A DNA stretch of 64,000 nt from Amoebidium appalachense (Eukaryota > Protista > Ichthyosporea), in assembly GCA_963693365.1 (NCBI GenBank), contig CAVNZM010000006.1, positions 3,410,001-3,474,000 of the forward strand, read 5' to 3'. This document shows positions 1 to 13,858 of this stretch, one piece after another (the stretch's first letter is position 1; every line of letters starts with the position of its first letter). The translations under genes were made by a program, and so were the position numbers. The notes under the pieces are model-generated. The model made no database searches and was not told where the DNA came from. It worked only from the letters and a program-made list of their open reading frames with translations.

Positions 1-139
1 TGCCAGCAACATGCCCCATGGCTAGACATGATCGCCGAATACAAAATATGTGGAATAGTGAAAGAAGACGAAGCTACCATGTGGGATAAAATTAAACAGA
101 CATACAGTAGCCCATGTAAAATTCATTGAAAATTTAAAA

Positions 140-890
140 TTTTAAGCAAACGGATTGCCGCCGCAGCAATAGCCTTGGAGCCAAACGACGCCAAGCTGCC
201 CGTCAGCAGGCCGAAATCAAACACGTGGTCACGATACTGTTTGCAACGGGGCGCTCGTGTCCCTTCACCGACGCAGGCGTGTAGTGCATGGCGGCATGGA
301 ACACATAGCCGTTGGAGAGGCCGAGAAGAATCATGAAGGTGACGGGCCACGCGTCGTTCATGAACACCTAGGGCATCTGAGAGTCCACGAAAGTTGCTGT
401 GGCCGCAACGTAGCATTTTCCGTTACACATGAGGAAGAGGGGGAGGAGGAGGGTGCGAAGGAAGGAAAAAGGTGCAACCCACGACCGGGGGCAAAGCATG
501 TGCGGGGCGATAATACGGCCCACAACATCGAAAAGGTTGAAGAACATGAAAACGTAGACGGGCACCCACGTGGATGTCACCGAAGAACCGGGAGGTGGAT
601 TGGGTGAGCGGGGCAACGGACATGGGCAGGACGGGGAAAAGCATGAGTGTCATGCAGAAATTGAACCACACAGCAAAGGATAGGTCGAGTGTCTGGCGAA
701 CGATATGCAGGTAGCGTGCCGTGCTCACTTCACCGGCGGCCTCGCCTTCCTCTTCCCATTTCTCTTGATCACGTGATATAGAGTCTACCTTGACGGACAC
801 TTGATAAGCGTGCCAGTAACGGAAAACCTCCGAGTTGATAAGCATTTGGTAGTTGATGAGGCAAGACAGAGCGGGTAGTTTCTGCGACAA
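140..890 (-). pseudogene. Equilibrative nucleoside transporter (ENT/SLC29-like) pseudogene, C-terminal half, no introns
   Basis: Joined frames read LSCLINYQML..EVFRYW..FAVWFNFCMTLMLFP..FFGD/WVPVYVFMFFNLFDVVGR..FLRTLLLPLFLMCN..MNDAWPVTFMILLGLSNGY..GLLTGSLASFG, typical of ENT TM6-TM11. Frameshifts near 570 and 215, in-frame TAG at 368-370, no N-terminal half visible. Confidence 0.85.
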
Positions 891-2488
891 CCTCCATGAT
901 GTATACTGGATGGGAAAGGGTGTTTGTGTGTGTGTCTGATTCAGTTGCTGTTCCGCTTGCTGTTTTTGTCTGCATGGCTCCGTTCGAATTCTGAGCCATT
1001 GTACCCAGTATGCAATGTTTTATTAGTTAGCCGATCTGACAACGGACGGTTTGATTGGCGCCTGACGCCGCTGTCTGATTGGTGAAAAGTTTAAACAGGC
1101 ACCAAGACGAGTCGGATCGGAGGCACCGCCTCACTGGCCATGGCCAGTGGCCACCGCTGGGTCAATCTGGAACATGGGAGAGTTGGTGCTTCTAACATTT
1201 GGCTGCCTAAGCATATGTGCTGACCAAATAGAATCACTAATTAAAAAAAAAGCTTGCAAGTAACCATATGATAGCTATATATACAAACACGCCCTATGTT
1301 CTATTTTCTGGGAGCCCTCTCCAGGTCCAGATCTGCCTGCCCGCAGGTTGCATGCCCGCGGGCCCTCCTACCTGAGTCTCAGAGCAAATACGAACACCTA
1401 AAATGAAGAAAGCGGAATTGCAGATATTGAGCTTTTCTGAGTGAAAGCGGAACTCGTGGGAAGCAAATTAGTTTTTTCAGATGGGGAGGAGGGAGTGGCC
1501 ATGGATGCCCAGCTCTGTAGAGTCCAGACGCATCATACGCGACTCTGAGGGGTGCGCTTACGCCCAATCAGATATAAATAGTACTCTACTGCGTGCGGCA
1601 CACATCTAGATCGGGATCTCGATCCACAATAAAAGATCCTCGGTATTTGTTTCCTGTTCAATCACGTTTTCAATTGCGTAAAACTTTTCATGGCCGAACT
1701 TCCCCCGAAGCTTCGACCATGCCCGCCACTCAGCGTTCAGGTTTGGAAACCACAATAAATAACATATTTGTGCCTCAGTCTGGCGTGCCGTCGACGTCCC
1801 AGCCGTGCAGTCGTGCGCACTCTATCTATTACTCGTGTGCACTGTTACCGAGTCAGTACGGGCACAAGGGTACTCTCAGGGAAACATGTATCACAGAACG
1901 AAACGTTTAACCGTCTGGTATGGGGAATCGAAGCCTTATTATTGCATACCATATGCATTGGAGCAACTGTGTGGGTTGCATGGCGAGAAAACTGAGTCTA
2001 GATCTCGCGATCGGGTTTATTGTTCGTGCCACCTGCGCACTACTAGTAGTCAGTACATATGTATCGATATCATCATACTGGGAGACGTAGGGAAGCCTAC
2101 TATATATGTATCTATTTAATTTGTTAGTGGAGGTATCTCGCTAATGATGGGGACGATGATCCATGATTGATGTCTGGTAGCAAGCCCTGCTATGCAAACT
2201 AGTAGACGCCTGCCTGCCGGCTATTCAATAATGGCATGCTAGGTGTGTACATGCGTCCGTCTGTGCGGCTATTGCCACGGCCGACGGCACCGGGCAATGA
2301 TATACATCAGTGCGCAGGCTGAAGAGCCAGGCACGAATCAATTTGAAGCTTAAGATTTTGGGCTGGGATTGTTGGTGGTTATAGTGGTGGTGGTGGGTGG
2401 GTGTTGGGGGGGGGGGGACAAGAGGGAGGGGGCGGTGGGGGGGTGGCGAGACTCGGACAAAGGGCCGAGATCTAGATACTGTAGGAAA

Positions 2489-2753
<265 letters not shown>

Positions 2754-3005
2754 CAACACCATAGATTGCTATATATTTTCAACTTGCAATTGGGCGACAT
2801 TTTGGACTGCTCAGTGCTTTCAGGGAATGTTGAACACGGTATGTAATTCGCCATTGGCTTAAAAGTTTCATCTTAATATATAAAATGAAATGCATTGACT
2901 AGATATGGGTCCGGTGCAGAAATCGTAGAGGCCAGCCTACCACCAGGAAACTGGCATACTCATGCGGAAAGTTGTTGAAGTACAACGGGGGGAAGAAGGG
3001 GGAGG

Positions 3006-3058
<53 letters not shown>

Positions 3059-3642
3059 ACCTCCACCCGCCCATCCCACCAGCACCTCCAGAGTCATGAA
3101 GTCTCCCCCCGTCCGGGCTCGATAATCTCAACCACGTTTCCTCTCATCTTCATACAAGCACTATGAGAATCGATAATAACACTACATAGATGATCCCCCT
3201 TGTACCGGTCCCCCCCCCCCCCCCCCCTCCCCTGTCCCAGGAATTTTTTGCACTGAGGGTTGATGTAGATTTTTCAATGGGGGTTTCACTGGGTGTTTCG
3301 TTCAGCCATGGCAGGAGCTAGCGCTTTGAGTGCTCCGGAGGCAACCAAAACAACGGCAACACATACCTTTGCTCTCTGATCAATTATGATTCCCCCCCCC
3401 CCCCCTACCACCACCACCTCTTTGTACCCCTGTTTCTCCCTCTATATCCCTAGTACGTCCCTCCCTCTCTCCCTCCATCCGGGACCCCCCCCCCCCCCCC
3501 CTTCTCTGGGAGTTCTTGCCTTAAAGTTTCCTATTACGTTGGCATTCTTTTACCCTCCTATCTCTCTTTCCACCCCACGTGCACCCCTTTACTGTTTGGG
3601 CGGGTGAGCGGGCAGGCGGGCAGGCCGTGGCGAGCCCCCGGT

Positions 3643-3696
<54 letters not shown>

Positions 3697-3830
3697 GGGG
3701 GGGGGAGGGGGGATGCTTCCCCCAAACGCTCCCCTCTTCCCTCTGCCCCTGCTTCTTCCTCGTGAAAGATTTTCTCCGCCAACTACCTCCCCCCCCCCCC
3801 CCCCACCCCCCCCCCCACCCCCCTTCCCGC

Positions 3831-4390
3831 CAAAGGGGTTTAAACCCGGGTTGATCCTCCGTTGTTTTACGGACTCACAGCCTGCCCAAGTACACATTTT
3901 ATTTTGCGGTACCTAAGTTCAGGTGGGCCTGGTCCGAACATGATTTTAAAATCAAGCGGGTGCTGACACTTTAATCGCGTATTGACACTACAACAAGCGC
4001 CAAATCTAGATCTTGTTCCCTCACTTCATTCGCCAGAGCCGCACCCACTCATACCAACTCCAATAAAAAAAAAGGGAATAAAGGGGAAAAAAGGTAAAGA
4101 AAAAAATATCGTACCAGGGGGCCCAAGAGAATGAAACATTTTCCATTGAGTACAAATTTCCTTCAGCCACCGCAACCGTTGGTAGGATTTATGCAGAAAC
4201 GGGATTTTAAAAGAAAAAAAAAGAAGAAGAAAAAAAAGCCGAGACCTTTTTAATACTCACACAGCGAAAGCCTAATATTAATGTGTTCGAAAAGCAAATA
4301 ACAGCCTCATACTGGATACTAAACATTCGATCCTAGCAAAAAACAATGCTGAAAAAAAAGCACGGGAAAACAATTCTGTAAACCCCTTTG
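3831..4390. mobile_element. Possible degenerate MITE bounded by a 12-bp inverted repeat
   Basis: CAAAGGGGTTTA at 3831-3842 and its reverse complement at 4379-4390 flank an AT-rich non-coding interior. No TSD found. Confidence 0.3.
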
Positions 4391-4409
4391 AACTGAGTTC
4401 TCTCTCTCT

Positions 4410-5110
4410 ATTCCTCATCGCCACCCCCACTGGAACAGCAGGCGCCAGAGACGGGGTGTGCAGAAAGGCACAGATGGATGCAGGGGACGCCAGGGATGGA
4501 TGTACACAGCCTCAGCACCAAGATGCATGAGGAGCTGACCACAGCTATGATGTGTACCAGGAAGTTAACGATCGCTAGGTCTAGATGTGTGTAGGGAGCG
4601 TACATGCATCTGGGCCCATAACCTGAAAAATTAAATAAGTATTCTGACTATGTCGGGGAAGCAGAGACACAGTGGTGCAGTGTAAAAACACCACAGACAC
4701 ACAGACAAACACACAGACGGAACCGATCGGAGAAGTGTACAGAACAGACATCAATGTTTAGACACAACTGAACTGAATTTATTTTGAGATGTGCTTATAT
4801 AACTGCAATCACTAAGTCAAACCTATGTATGATTTCCGACCAGTCGGAAATCAGAATAGATATCGGATAGACCAATCATAATGGACTGATCACTACAGCA
4901 ATAGATCCAACACTCGCAATAGATCACGGCAAGGCATAAGAACACAGTCACGAAGAAACTGTAAACCTTGACACTAATTTCTAACCTATTATTAAGGTTA
5001 ACGGACACGAAAACATATTTGAGATCGATTAACAATTTTACAAACAAGGAGAGTGACTTTTACATTAATGCTATGAACTGAATCATAAACACAAACTGAA
5101 AGATCTTACA
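4410..5110 (-). mobile_element. Ty1/copia 5' LTR (about 5110 to 4624) with primer-binding site and truncated leader
   Basis: Minus strand reads TGTAAGAT...TTTTTCA, followed directly by GGTTATGGGCCCAG (4623-4610), the copia-type PBS for an internal tRNA-iMet segment. A TATA-like TTATATAA lies near 4800. The LTR 5' boundary is inferred. Confidence 0.8.
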
Positions 5111-6075
5111 CATGTACAAACTACGTACTTCAACACAAGGACTACATCACCAGTGGGGACGTCACTGTCACCTACATCGACACCAAGAAGAACCTGGCCG
5201 ACATCTTCACCAAGCCTCTGGCTGGTCCGGCCCACGACACACACCGTGCCAACCTCAGTCTCCGTGACTGACCCGTGCACTGGTGTTCATCATCGAGTGG
5301 TTTCTGAGTAGGTTGGGGCCCTGGACAGCAGTTGACACACCTACGGTGCTCAAGATGCCTCCCAACGAAAGTCTACTACTCCTCATCGTTTCTCTTCATC
5401 AGTGGGGACTCCGTCTTACATCGTCATGTGTGTGCATCTTCAGTGGGGATTATTCTCCACCATCCGTCGTTTATTTATATTCATATCCCACCATATATAT
5501 TGGTTTTCTTCTATATTCGACTTTATATATATGTCGAACTGGGATGGCGACCCAGTATAAATAATTATCTATAGCCTTGCGAGCTGGTTGACTGCCAGTC
5601 TAAACCTAGTCCACGGGATGCACCTTCCCCGTGTCTTAACTGGTTGACAACCAGTCTATAAATCAGTCCACAAGATGTTCATGCCTTGTGTTTACCTGGG
5701 TGGTCCCCAGTATAAAACATTAGCCACCAACACGTCACACATACACTAGTGTTTCCTCTATATATATATATATCGACGATAACCACCATGATTTATTGTT
5801 CCGAGTCTTCAGAGGCAACCGTCGTTGTGTGCCTCTTCAGTTTTGATTCTCTCCTTCCCACCTCAAGGATCTTCGGTTTGCATCCTCGAGTGGGGAAACT
5901 TGAGTGTGACGGCCCCTCCTGTGTTTGGACCTCATCTACCGTCACATCAACAGACACGAGAACACAAACTTCAACCCCTTGAGTGGGGATGTTGGAATAC
6001 GTCACCATGTATGACAGCAAGAGCCTTGAAGTATGTATGTGTCTTAGCTTGTTTGTACTCGTGTCTGCTTTCCTT
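5111..6075 (+). mobile_element. Ty1/copia 3' remnant: RNase H C-terminus, 3' UTR, polypurine tract and start of 3' LTR
   Basis: HVQTTYFN(frameshift)DYITSGDVTVTYIDTKKNLADIFTKPL contains the copia RNase H ADIFTK motif. PPT GAGTGGGGA at 5981-5989 is followed by the LTR start TGTTGGAATA at 5990. Confidence 0.88.
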
Positions 6076-6086
6076 CTTTGTGCTCT

Positions 6087-6137
<51 letters not shown>

Positions 6138-6506
6138 CCCCCCCCCCCTCCCCCCCCCCCCCCCCGGTATCTCTCTCTCCCTTGTTTCTGTGAGCACAGG
6201 TATCTGTAGATCTGTGCACACCTGGCTCTCTTGCCTGATAAGAACTTATTGTATTTTATTTCTGTTTGCTCTCCTCTGTTTATCTGAGAGGTAGCGTGAT
6301 TGGCTAGCTACATTCGTTGTCTTTCCTTTATTTCAAAATGGCTTAGTTTTGTTCTCAAAAGGATGGCTCGCCAATAGTCGCGAGCGAGTACATCTGTAGA
6401 TCGTGTTGTGCATTCCTGTCTATTAATATATGTGTGTTGTGATTGGACAATAGATATATATGGAATTCGGTTTATTGCAAAGTGTCTTCACTTTGAGAGT
6501 GTCGAC

Positions 6507-6848
6507 TATTAGGAAATATATGTATTTAAATAAGTTTCTTTATAGAGACGAACATAAATATATATGTGAGGTAATAGTGACTAGATGTATAATTACTTAA
6601 TTTATTTAAGTAAGAGTTTCTAAACTTTAGTTTAATCGGAAGTTGGAATGCGTATGCTCTGTCGGAATGTGTTTTTCTATCTTCTGATAGAACCGATTGG
6701 TTCTCCCTCTTTAGTTGTGATAAGATGATAAGTCGCAAGTACAAAAGGAACCGAGAGCACAATAAAGAATCAGTTGTTGTTTGAATCTTTCAATGTCTCG
6801 TGAACAACTCCGATTGCCCTCTCATTAATGTGTTAGTCGTGTTGTACA
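6507..6848 (+). mobile_element. Possible decayed solo LTR
   Basis: AT-rich block from TATTAGGAAAT (possibly mutated TGTTAGG) to TGTACA, containing AATAAAGAATCAGTT. No TSD found. Confidence 0.3.
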
Positions 6849-6945
6849 TGACACCTCTGTGCACTCTGCTCCCTTAGACCCGTACAAAACAACAGGGAGA
6901 GAGAGAGAGAGAGAGAGGTTAGTTCTCTGAGAGAGAGGGGGGAGG

Positions 6946-6982
<37 letters not shown>

Positions 6983-7306
6983 GGAGAGGGAGGGGGGGAG
7001 GGGGGGGAGGGGGGGGGGAGGGGGGGAGTGAGTGAGCGACAGAGACTCGGCCGACTCGGAGAGAGAGGCTCGGAGATCTATCTAGCTAGAGGAGAGATCG
7101 ACAGAGATCAAGAGATCGAGAGAGATCAAGAGATGGATAGAGAGAGAGAAGGGCGGAGGGGGGGGGGGGGGGGGGGGGGGGGACGAAGGGACGGAGGGAG
7201 GGACGGAGGGAGGGACGGAGGGAGGGAAGGGAGGGAGGGAGGGAGGGAAGGAGGGAAGAATCCGGGAGGGAGGGAGGGAGGGAGGGAAAGAGGGTGAGAG
7301 AGGGGG

Positions 7307-7415
<109 letters not shown>

Positions 7416-7872
7416 AGGGAGGGAGGGAGAGAGAGAGAGAGATTCGGAAAGAGCGGTTGTGGGCGCTAGAAGATCTAGCTAGAGCGGGACTCCGGGTCCG
7501 AGAGAACTTCAAAAGGTTGGGGAGGCGGTGAGCAGGTAGGAGAGGGATGATGGTATTGCATGCCGATCTTGTTGGTCAAAGAATGAATCCGGATTTCGTA
7601 GGCGTGCGAAAGTCAAAGCTGGGGAGGCTGGCGGGGGGGAGGGGGGGGAGGAGGGGGGAGGGGCAGGAAGGGGGGGGGGGGGGGGGGGAGGGGGGAGGGG
7701 GGGGAGAGGGGGGAGGGCCGGGGGAATGGGGGTGGGGGTGGGGGGGGGGGGGGAGGGAGGAGGGCGGGATTAGGAATATGTGTGGCACATCGGTTTTCGA
7801 TCCACTATTGATTATTAGCTGCGGCGTGAACAATGTCCTGCACACGGGCGCGCCCAGTCTAATATAGCCCTT

Positions 7873-7969
7873 GGGTCACCGCAATCGGTAAATATATGAA
7901 TATATACGAATCATGGTATATACGAATATATGTAAATATATATGAATATATGCAACTTGCGGGTGACCC
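7873..7969. repeat. ~100-bp foldback / mini-MITE
   Basis: GGGTCACCGCAA ... TTGCGGGTGACCC inverted ends around an AT-rich core with repeated GAATATAT. Confidence 0.5.
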
Positions 7970-8494
7970 CTCCTTGCAACTTGGGGGGCCACCGATTGAT
8001 AGATACTGTGCGCCTTCTCCGTCGGCGGAACGAGTCGACGTCGATCGATCAGTGTGTGAACTGGGCAAGCAGCGCACATATGTACCGTTTTATCGCGAGC
8101 TGATCAAGCTTGTAACATTACCCACGTATCTGCAACCTATGTTGTGTCTGGATGCATATGTCAGTATGTAAGACTGTGTGTTTTTCTTACGGTAGAGGTG
8201 AACAGGGGAGTTTACCGTGAAGCTGTTGCCATCACACCATGGTGATACATTGATGATTGATGTGCACGTGATAGTGTGTGCATTGTAGATCTAATCATCT
8301 ACTCAGTCATCTTCAGCCATCTATCACCAACCAATAGGAGAGCCTGTTTTATGATTAAGTACATAGTTTCTAGATTTCAAGATCAGTGGAATGTGGAGAT
8401 ATTTTGTATCCAATCAGCGAGCGTCTATTTTTAGCATGCTCTCCCAAACGTGAGCGCCACGCGGCACTGCAGGCGGCTCGATCGCGACTACTCC

Positions 8495-8537
8495 AGGCCT
8501 CCTAGGTTATAAATAGCGTACGATATTTAGGAGGCCT
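8495..8537 (+). promoter_or_regulatory. TATA box (TATAAATA, 8508-8515) inside a 10-bp inverted repeat
   Basis: AGGCCTCCTA (8495-8504) and TAGGAGGCCT (8528-8537) flank the TATA, about 125 bp upstream of the ATG at 8639. CCAAT boxes lie at ~8331 and ~8410. Confidence 0.55.
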
Positions 8538-8638
8538 TGCTCAGACTACATAAGGAAAAAAACCAGCCATCATTTGGAGCACAAAAACGAAACGAAACTA
8601 AAAAGCTAACTACAAAGGAGAAAGGAGCACAAGTCAAA

Positions 8639-9694
8639 ATGCCGAGTGTGTGGGAATATGTTCTGCCTGCGCTTCTTATGGCAACGGCATCTCTGAATCT
8701 TGGGGTGGAGGCCATGGGAGACCCTCCTAGCAGGTGCACCTACCGTTATGCAAACATCCACCTCAAGGTACGATTTGCAATGGGCCACTAGGGAAATATG
8801 TTTGCAAGCTGGGCCAGCTTTAGAAACAAGTGCTTGTATAATGCTTGTCTGTCTACCTCTTTCTGTCGTGTGGTTGTGTGTGCATGTTCTCTCCTGGATT
8901 CTTTGGTCATTTCTGAGTTGAATCGGTTGTACCCTTGTGTCTGAGTGCCTCGTGTGTTGCATTCTAAAACGCATTTTTAGATACACAGTGGAAGGACATC
9001 CTTCGTATAAGCGCCAATAACTCTCGCACGAGCATTCTTGGCAAGGTCATGAATAGGCAGTTCGCAATAAATCTGTATAGCTGTGTTGGGGATTTTACTG
9101 CTGTAAGCATTTTGCACCTTCACTCATCGGTCTCTTTTCCCGTTGCAGAGCGTCAAGTTTACTGTCAGAGATGACAAAAACAAAACCATCGGTTCTACCC
9201 GCTTGTATGCAGGCGATGCCACGGGTGTTAAGGCTCTTGTTTTCGCTCCCCTGAACGGCACTGTCACGGCCAGCTGGAAGTTTCACTCTGTTCTCCTCCC
9301 CAAGTCCAAAGCAGTTACCATGCCAGGTGCCATCGGGGTAAAAGGGGATTCGGTCGGTTGGCTTCACTACGTTACACCCCCCTGCCCAGGAACTTCCTAC
9401 TCAAACGGTGTGTGTGTGACACTCAAACAAGGGTTGAACTGGCACTTCACCTACCGTAACCACAGATGTGATAATCCCGAAAAAGGTTTGAGCATTGTCT
9501 ACACGGTGGATACTATGGGGCCAGTGGCGAAGGGGAAGGGTGTTGTCCCTGGGGGGCAATGGCCAAGCACAGGATTTGCTTTCCAGATCGACTGGTATGA
9601 TCCCAAGGAGTTCCCCAAGACATGCGGCGACCCTGAGAAACACGGCAAGGCTAGCCCCAAAACGTGCGCTATTAAGCACAAGGTGCAGGAGTGA
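8639..9694 (+). CDS. Predicted secreted, cysteine-containing protein of unknown family, ~243 aa; exons 8639-8767, 8989-9045, 9149-9694
   Basis: Signal-peptide-like N-terminus MPSVWEYVLPALLMATASLNLGVEA, phase-0 GT-AG introns that join in frame, a long complex last exon and an upstream TATA. Confidence 0.75.
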
Positions 9695-10100
9695 TGTCTG
9701 AAAATGGAGGAGCTGTAAAACTGGCAAGTCGAAGTGTAGCTGTAAGTAGACTTGCAACGAAGAGGTTGTGATCATAATAATATCTCTATTCACTTTCCTA
9801 GCTATAGGCAAGTTTCTGTGTTAACAGATTTTTTTTAAAAGTATGTAGTCCTTGCGCGCTGCTGTGCCCTGAACCGAGCCCGGTTGTGGAAGGGTTGCTG
9901 TAAATGGGCTGGAGAGCAATCGATTACAAATTTGAATTTGTGCACTTTTCTTGCTGAGGTCGACAAGCTTCTGTGTTTGTAGATGTGAAAAAGAATGTTT
10001 TGCCCATGGATATTTCCTGTGCTCGGAAATCGAAAAATGTACATAAATGTATTGTAATATAGTTCTTACTGTCATCAGCAGTCCTTTCTCAAGATAACCC

Positions 10101-10146
<46 letters not shown>

Positions 10147-10528
10147 CCTTCCCCCCACCCACCCCCTCCCCGGAACAAAAAACAATCACCACCACCACCT
10201 CCATCCCTCCCTATCTGCAAAAAGTTCTTTTCATCCTGTCACACCGTGAATAAGGCACAACCACATATGATGTTCGACACTTCACGTTAGCACCACATAC
10301 ATCAAAACCTCTGTTACACATAGCAGCGTTGCTGCACAAAAACGGTTTTTTTGCAGTTTCTATCATATGCGCATGTGCAAGCCCGCACACACTGCGGCAC
10401 ACAAGCGACACACACCAACCACACACGGGCGTGAACAGAGGCCCGACCTAGGGACGTCGACTCTTGCCGATACTAAAAAGATAAATACGAATTCGAACTC
10501 TTTGGGCTAATGTAGAGTGGTTGCAATT

Positions 10529-10619
<91 letters not shown>

Positions 10620-11063
10620 GGTGCCAGTAGTGGGGGGGGGGGGGGGGGGGGGGGGGGCAAAAAATATTGTATGTATTCTTATGATATTGGGTATGTTGTG
10701 TGCATGTCAGTGACGCAGTTTTCACAGCCATTGCGTATGTGAGGTTGTGTGTACTAGTGTGCTGTATGTACACATGCGCGCACTTCAGTTGTTTTCTTTT
10801 CTTTTCGAAGTTCCTTTCTTTTTTCTTTCAAAGGTGACGGTGGCTGGGGTGGGGGATGAGAAGGGGTGTGTGTGTGTGTGTTGGGGGGGGGGAGGGAGGG
10901 GGGGGGGGGGGGGGGGGGAAAAGGAGTGAGGTGAGGGGAGGGGGGAGGGGGGGGGGGGGGGGGAGGGGGGGAGGGGGGCGCACATTAACTGAAATTTTGT
11001 TAGTTTGGCACACAGTATTTGCACTGGAGAAGGCTGGGCTGTCCGCACAAGCGTTGGGGGGTA

Positions 11064-11120
<57 letters not shown>

Positions 11121-12646
11121 GCTGTTGCTGCTTGTACAGGGTGGAATTGAACGTTAGCATACTGTAGAAATGTTTTGTTCGTCCCCTCGGCTTGCAGCGA
11201 GTTGTGCCTCGCCTTACATAACGTACTTTCCTTTTTTTCTATTATTTTTATCCCGTTTTTTTTTGTTCCCGAGGGGCCCCTTGGGGCGCCCTCATGGAAA
11301 CTACCGTCTCTCACTAAGCATCGACTGTACTCTAGGCCTAGCTAGGGTGCTAATGGTGCATTCAGCTATACTAACACACCTTCACCAATATTCGAATATT
11401 AATCCATACTACTAGCACACGTAGCCCAGGGATTTTGCCTCAGCCTCGCAAGTTAGGAAGTTACACACATGTACAGTACTGATTTGGGAACTTCATTGGT
11501 ACAGGAGTGCGTGGCTATGTCGATTGTATGTGTGCAGCGACAAAAGCAGCCCACACCAAGACCTACAAACACAGTCGTCATAACTAATTAGAAGCCTTGA
11601 TTAGTCTTTTTATATCCGGTAAATTGGTGGGGAAACGGGTCCGAAAAGGGGGTCCGGAGCTACGAAGAAAAATGATGCACATGCAAAAAGGCAAGTATGA
11701 TACCCGCCCAAACAGGAAGGCTATTCGTCATAGCTATGGACCCTTTTTTTTGGGGGGGGGGGGGGGGAGGGAGGGGAGAGGGGGAGAGGGGGGAGGAGGA
11801 GAGAGGGGGGGGGGAGGGGGGGGGGGAAGGAGGTGAGGCAAATGGCCTGCAGGTAGGAAACTAAAATAAACTATGTATGGGTGAGGTGGCCCATCATACG
11901 CCAATGGAGTCCCCCCCCCCCCCCCCCCCCCTGCTCCCCGCGCTTCATCTCTTGTTGAAGAGAGAAGGGGTGGTTATGTCAAGTTTTTTAATTATTATTT
12001 TTAGGGATGGGGGAGGGGGGGGGGGGGGGGGGGGGGGGAGGAGCAGGAGGTGTAGCTTCAAATTATGTATACGGAACACTAGCCTTCCACATGGCCAAAC
12101 CCCTCCCCAAACCTTCCTCGAATATCCCCATCTTAAATCTTAGATAGGAAAAATGAGTAAAGGCCTAAAGCCCGCCTTTCCAAACACCCGAGCCTTCGCC
12201 AACAAAAGAAAGAGCATATATGTCACTCGGAGAACAGTTCGTTATTATGCAACGAACGTTATCGAGTGATACCAGTGGCTCTTTATAGTTGGTGATGATG
12301 GTGCAGATGGGATTAGGTCGGGGAAGTGGAAGAGAGGGATGGAGGGCAGAAAGGGGGAAGAAGGAGGGGAAGAGGGGGGGAGGGGAGGGGAGTGGAGGAG
12401 AAGGAAAAGAGAGAGAAAGAGACAGAGACAGAGAGAGAGACACACACACACAGAGAGAGAGTCGGGGAGAGAGAGAGAGAGGGGGGGGGGGGGGGGGGGG
12501 AGGTGGAGGGAGGGAGGCCGGGAGGGAGGGAAGGAGGGAGGGAGGGAGGGAGTCCGAGGGAGGGAGGCTGGGAGGGAGGGAGGGAGGCTGGGAGGGAGGG
12601 TGCGTGGGTGGGTGGGGGGACAGAGAGAGAGAGATCTAGAGATCTC

Positions 12647-12736
<90 letters not shown>

Positions 12737-12760
12737 CAGGAGAGAGAGAGAGGGAGAGAA

Positions 12761-12810
<50 letters not shown>

Positions 12811-12857
12811 AGAGAGAGAGGGGGGGGGGGGAGGGACGGAGGGACGGAGGGACGGAG

Positions 12858-12888
<31 letters not shown>

Positions 12889-12936
12889 ACGAGCGAGAGA
12901 GGGAGAGAGAGAGAGGGAGTGAGAGAGAAAGAGCGA

Positions 12937-12997
<61 letters not shown>

Positions 12998-13268
12998 ACG
13001 AGAGAGAGGGAGGGAGAGATCTGAGAGAGAAAGTGAGGCCCTGGGAGAGATAGTATTACTTAGATCAAGTACGTATACATATGATTACTGGATATAGAGA
13101 AAGTGCCAATACCACAATTCTTCAAGTTGATGTCCAATATATATAGACTAATATCATGCGTCCGTTTTTTGGATTTTCTCTCCCCATGGGTGGTGGTGGG
13201 TCCCCCCCTCCAGGAAACTCGGTGATGATAGGCACGGGGGGAACCCTTCGTTCGGGGTGGTGGTGGGT

Positions 13269-13315
<47 letters not shown>

Positions 13316-13478
13316 CCCTCCCACCCTCTCCCCCCTCCATCAGCCGCCCCCCCCCCCCTCCCCCCCCCTCCCGGGGGGACCCACATTCACTACTACATCT
13401 AACTCTCCGCGGTTGAACATCAAAAAGGCCTACTAATATTGTAGCCTAATATTGTAGCCTGAATCAGATATTCGAATT

Positions 13479-13511
<33 letters not shown>

Positions 13512-13796
13512 ATCAATTTCCGAGGCTGTCGCGTGTGTACAGCCCTGCACATGTGCACACTGCATTATTACATTGTGGTGGTTGGCACCTTCTGACTGAG
13601 GAAGTCACGTGGGCGAGGGCCTATGCCAATAGTAGGCTCGACTCTTAGAGCTAATATTTTAGCCCGGGCTCGTGATGAGAGCTGCCTAACTAATAAACCC
13701 CCCTTTTCAGACCGTGTCCAAAAGTCGAACGTCTCCGCCCAGGAGTTTCCTCGAATCGGGTTCCTGCACATTCCGCAGAATATGAGTCTGACCCTT

Positions 13797-13858
13797 CCTA
13801 TTGGAAAATTATCGACCAATAGTCTGCAAGAAAACGCAATGGTATTCACGTGAATAAC
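13797..13858. promoter_or_regulatory. ATTGG/CCAAT pair plus palindromic E-box module, left copy
   Basis: CCTATTGG..ATCG.CCAATAG..CAAGA..GGTATTCACGTGAATA; inverted homolog of 15021-15083. Confidence 0.5.

Noticed and set aside
1132-1149. Perfect 18-bp palindrome CACTGGCCATGGCCAGTG
   Set aside because: Single occurrence with no supporting context.
9820-12330. Possible minus-strand gene driven by the left CCAAT/E-box module
   Set aside because: No phase-consistent exon chain or recognisable domain was found.
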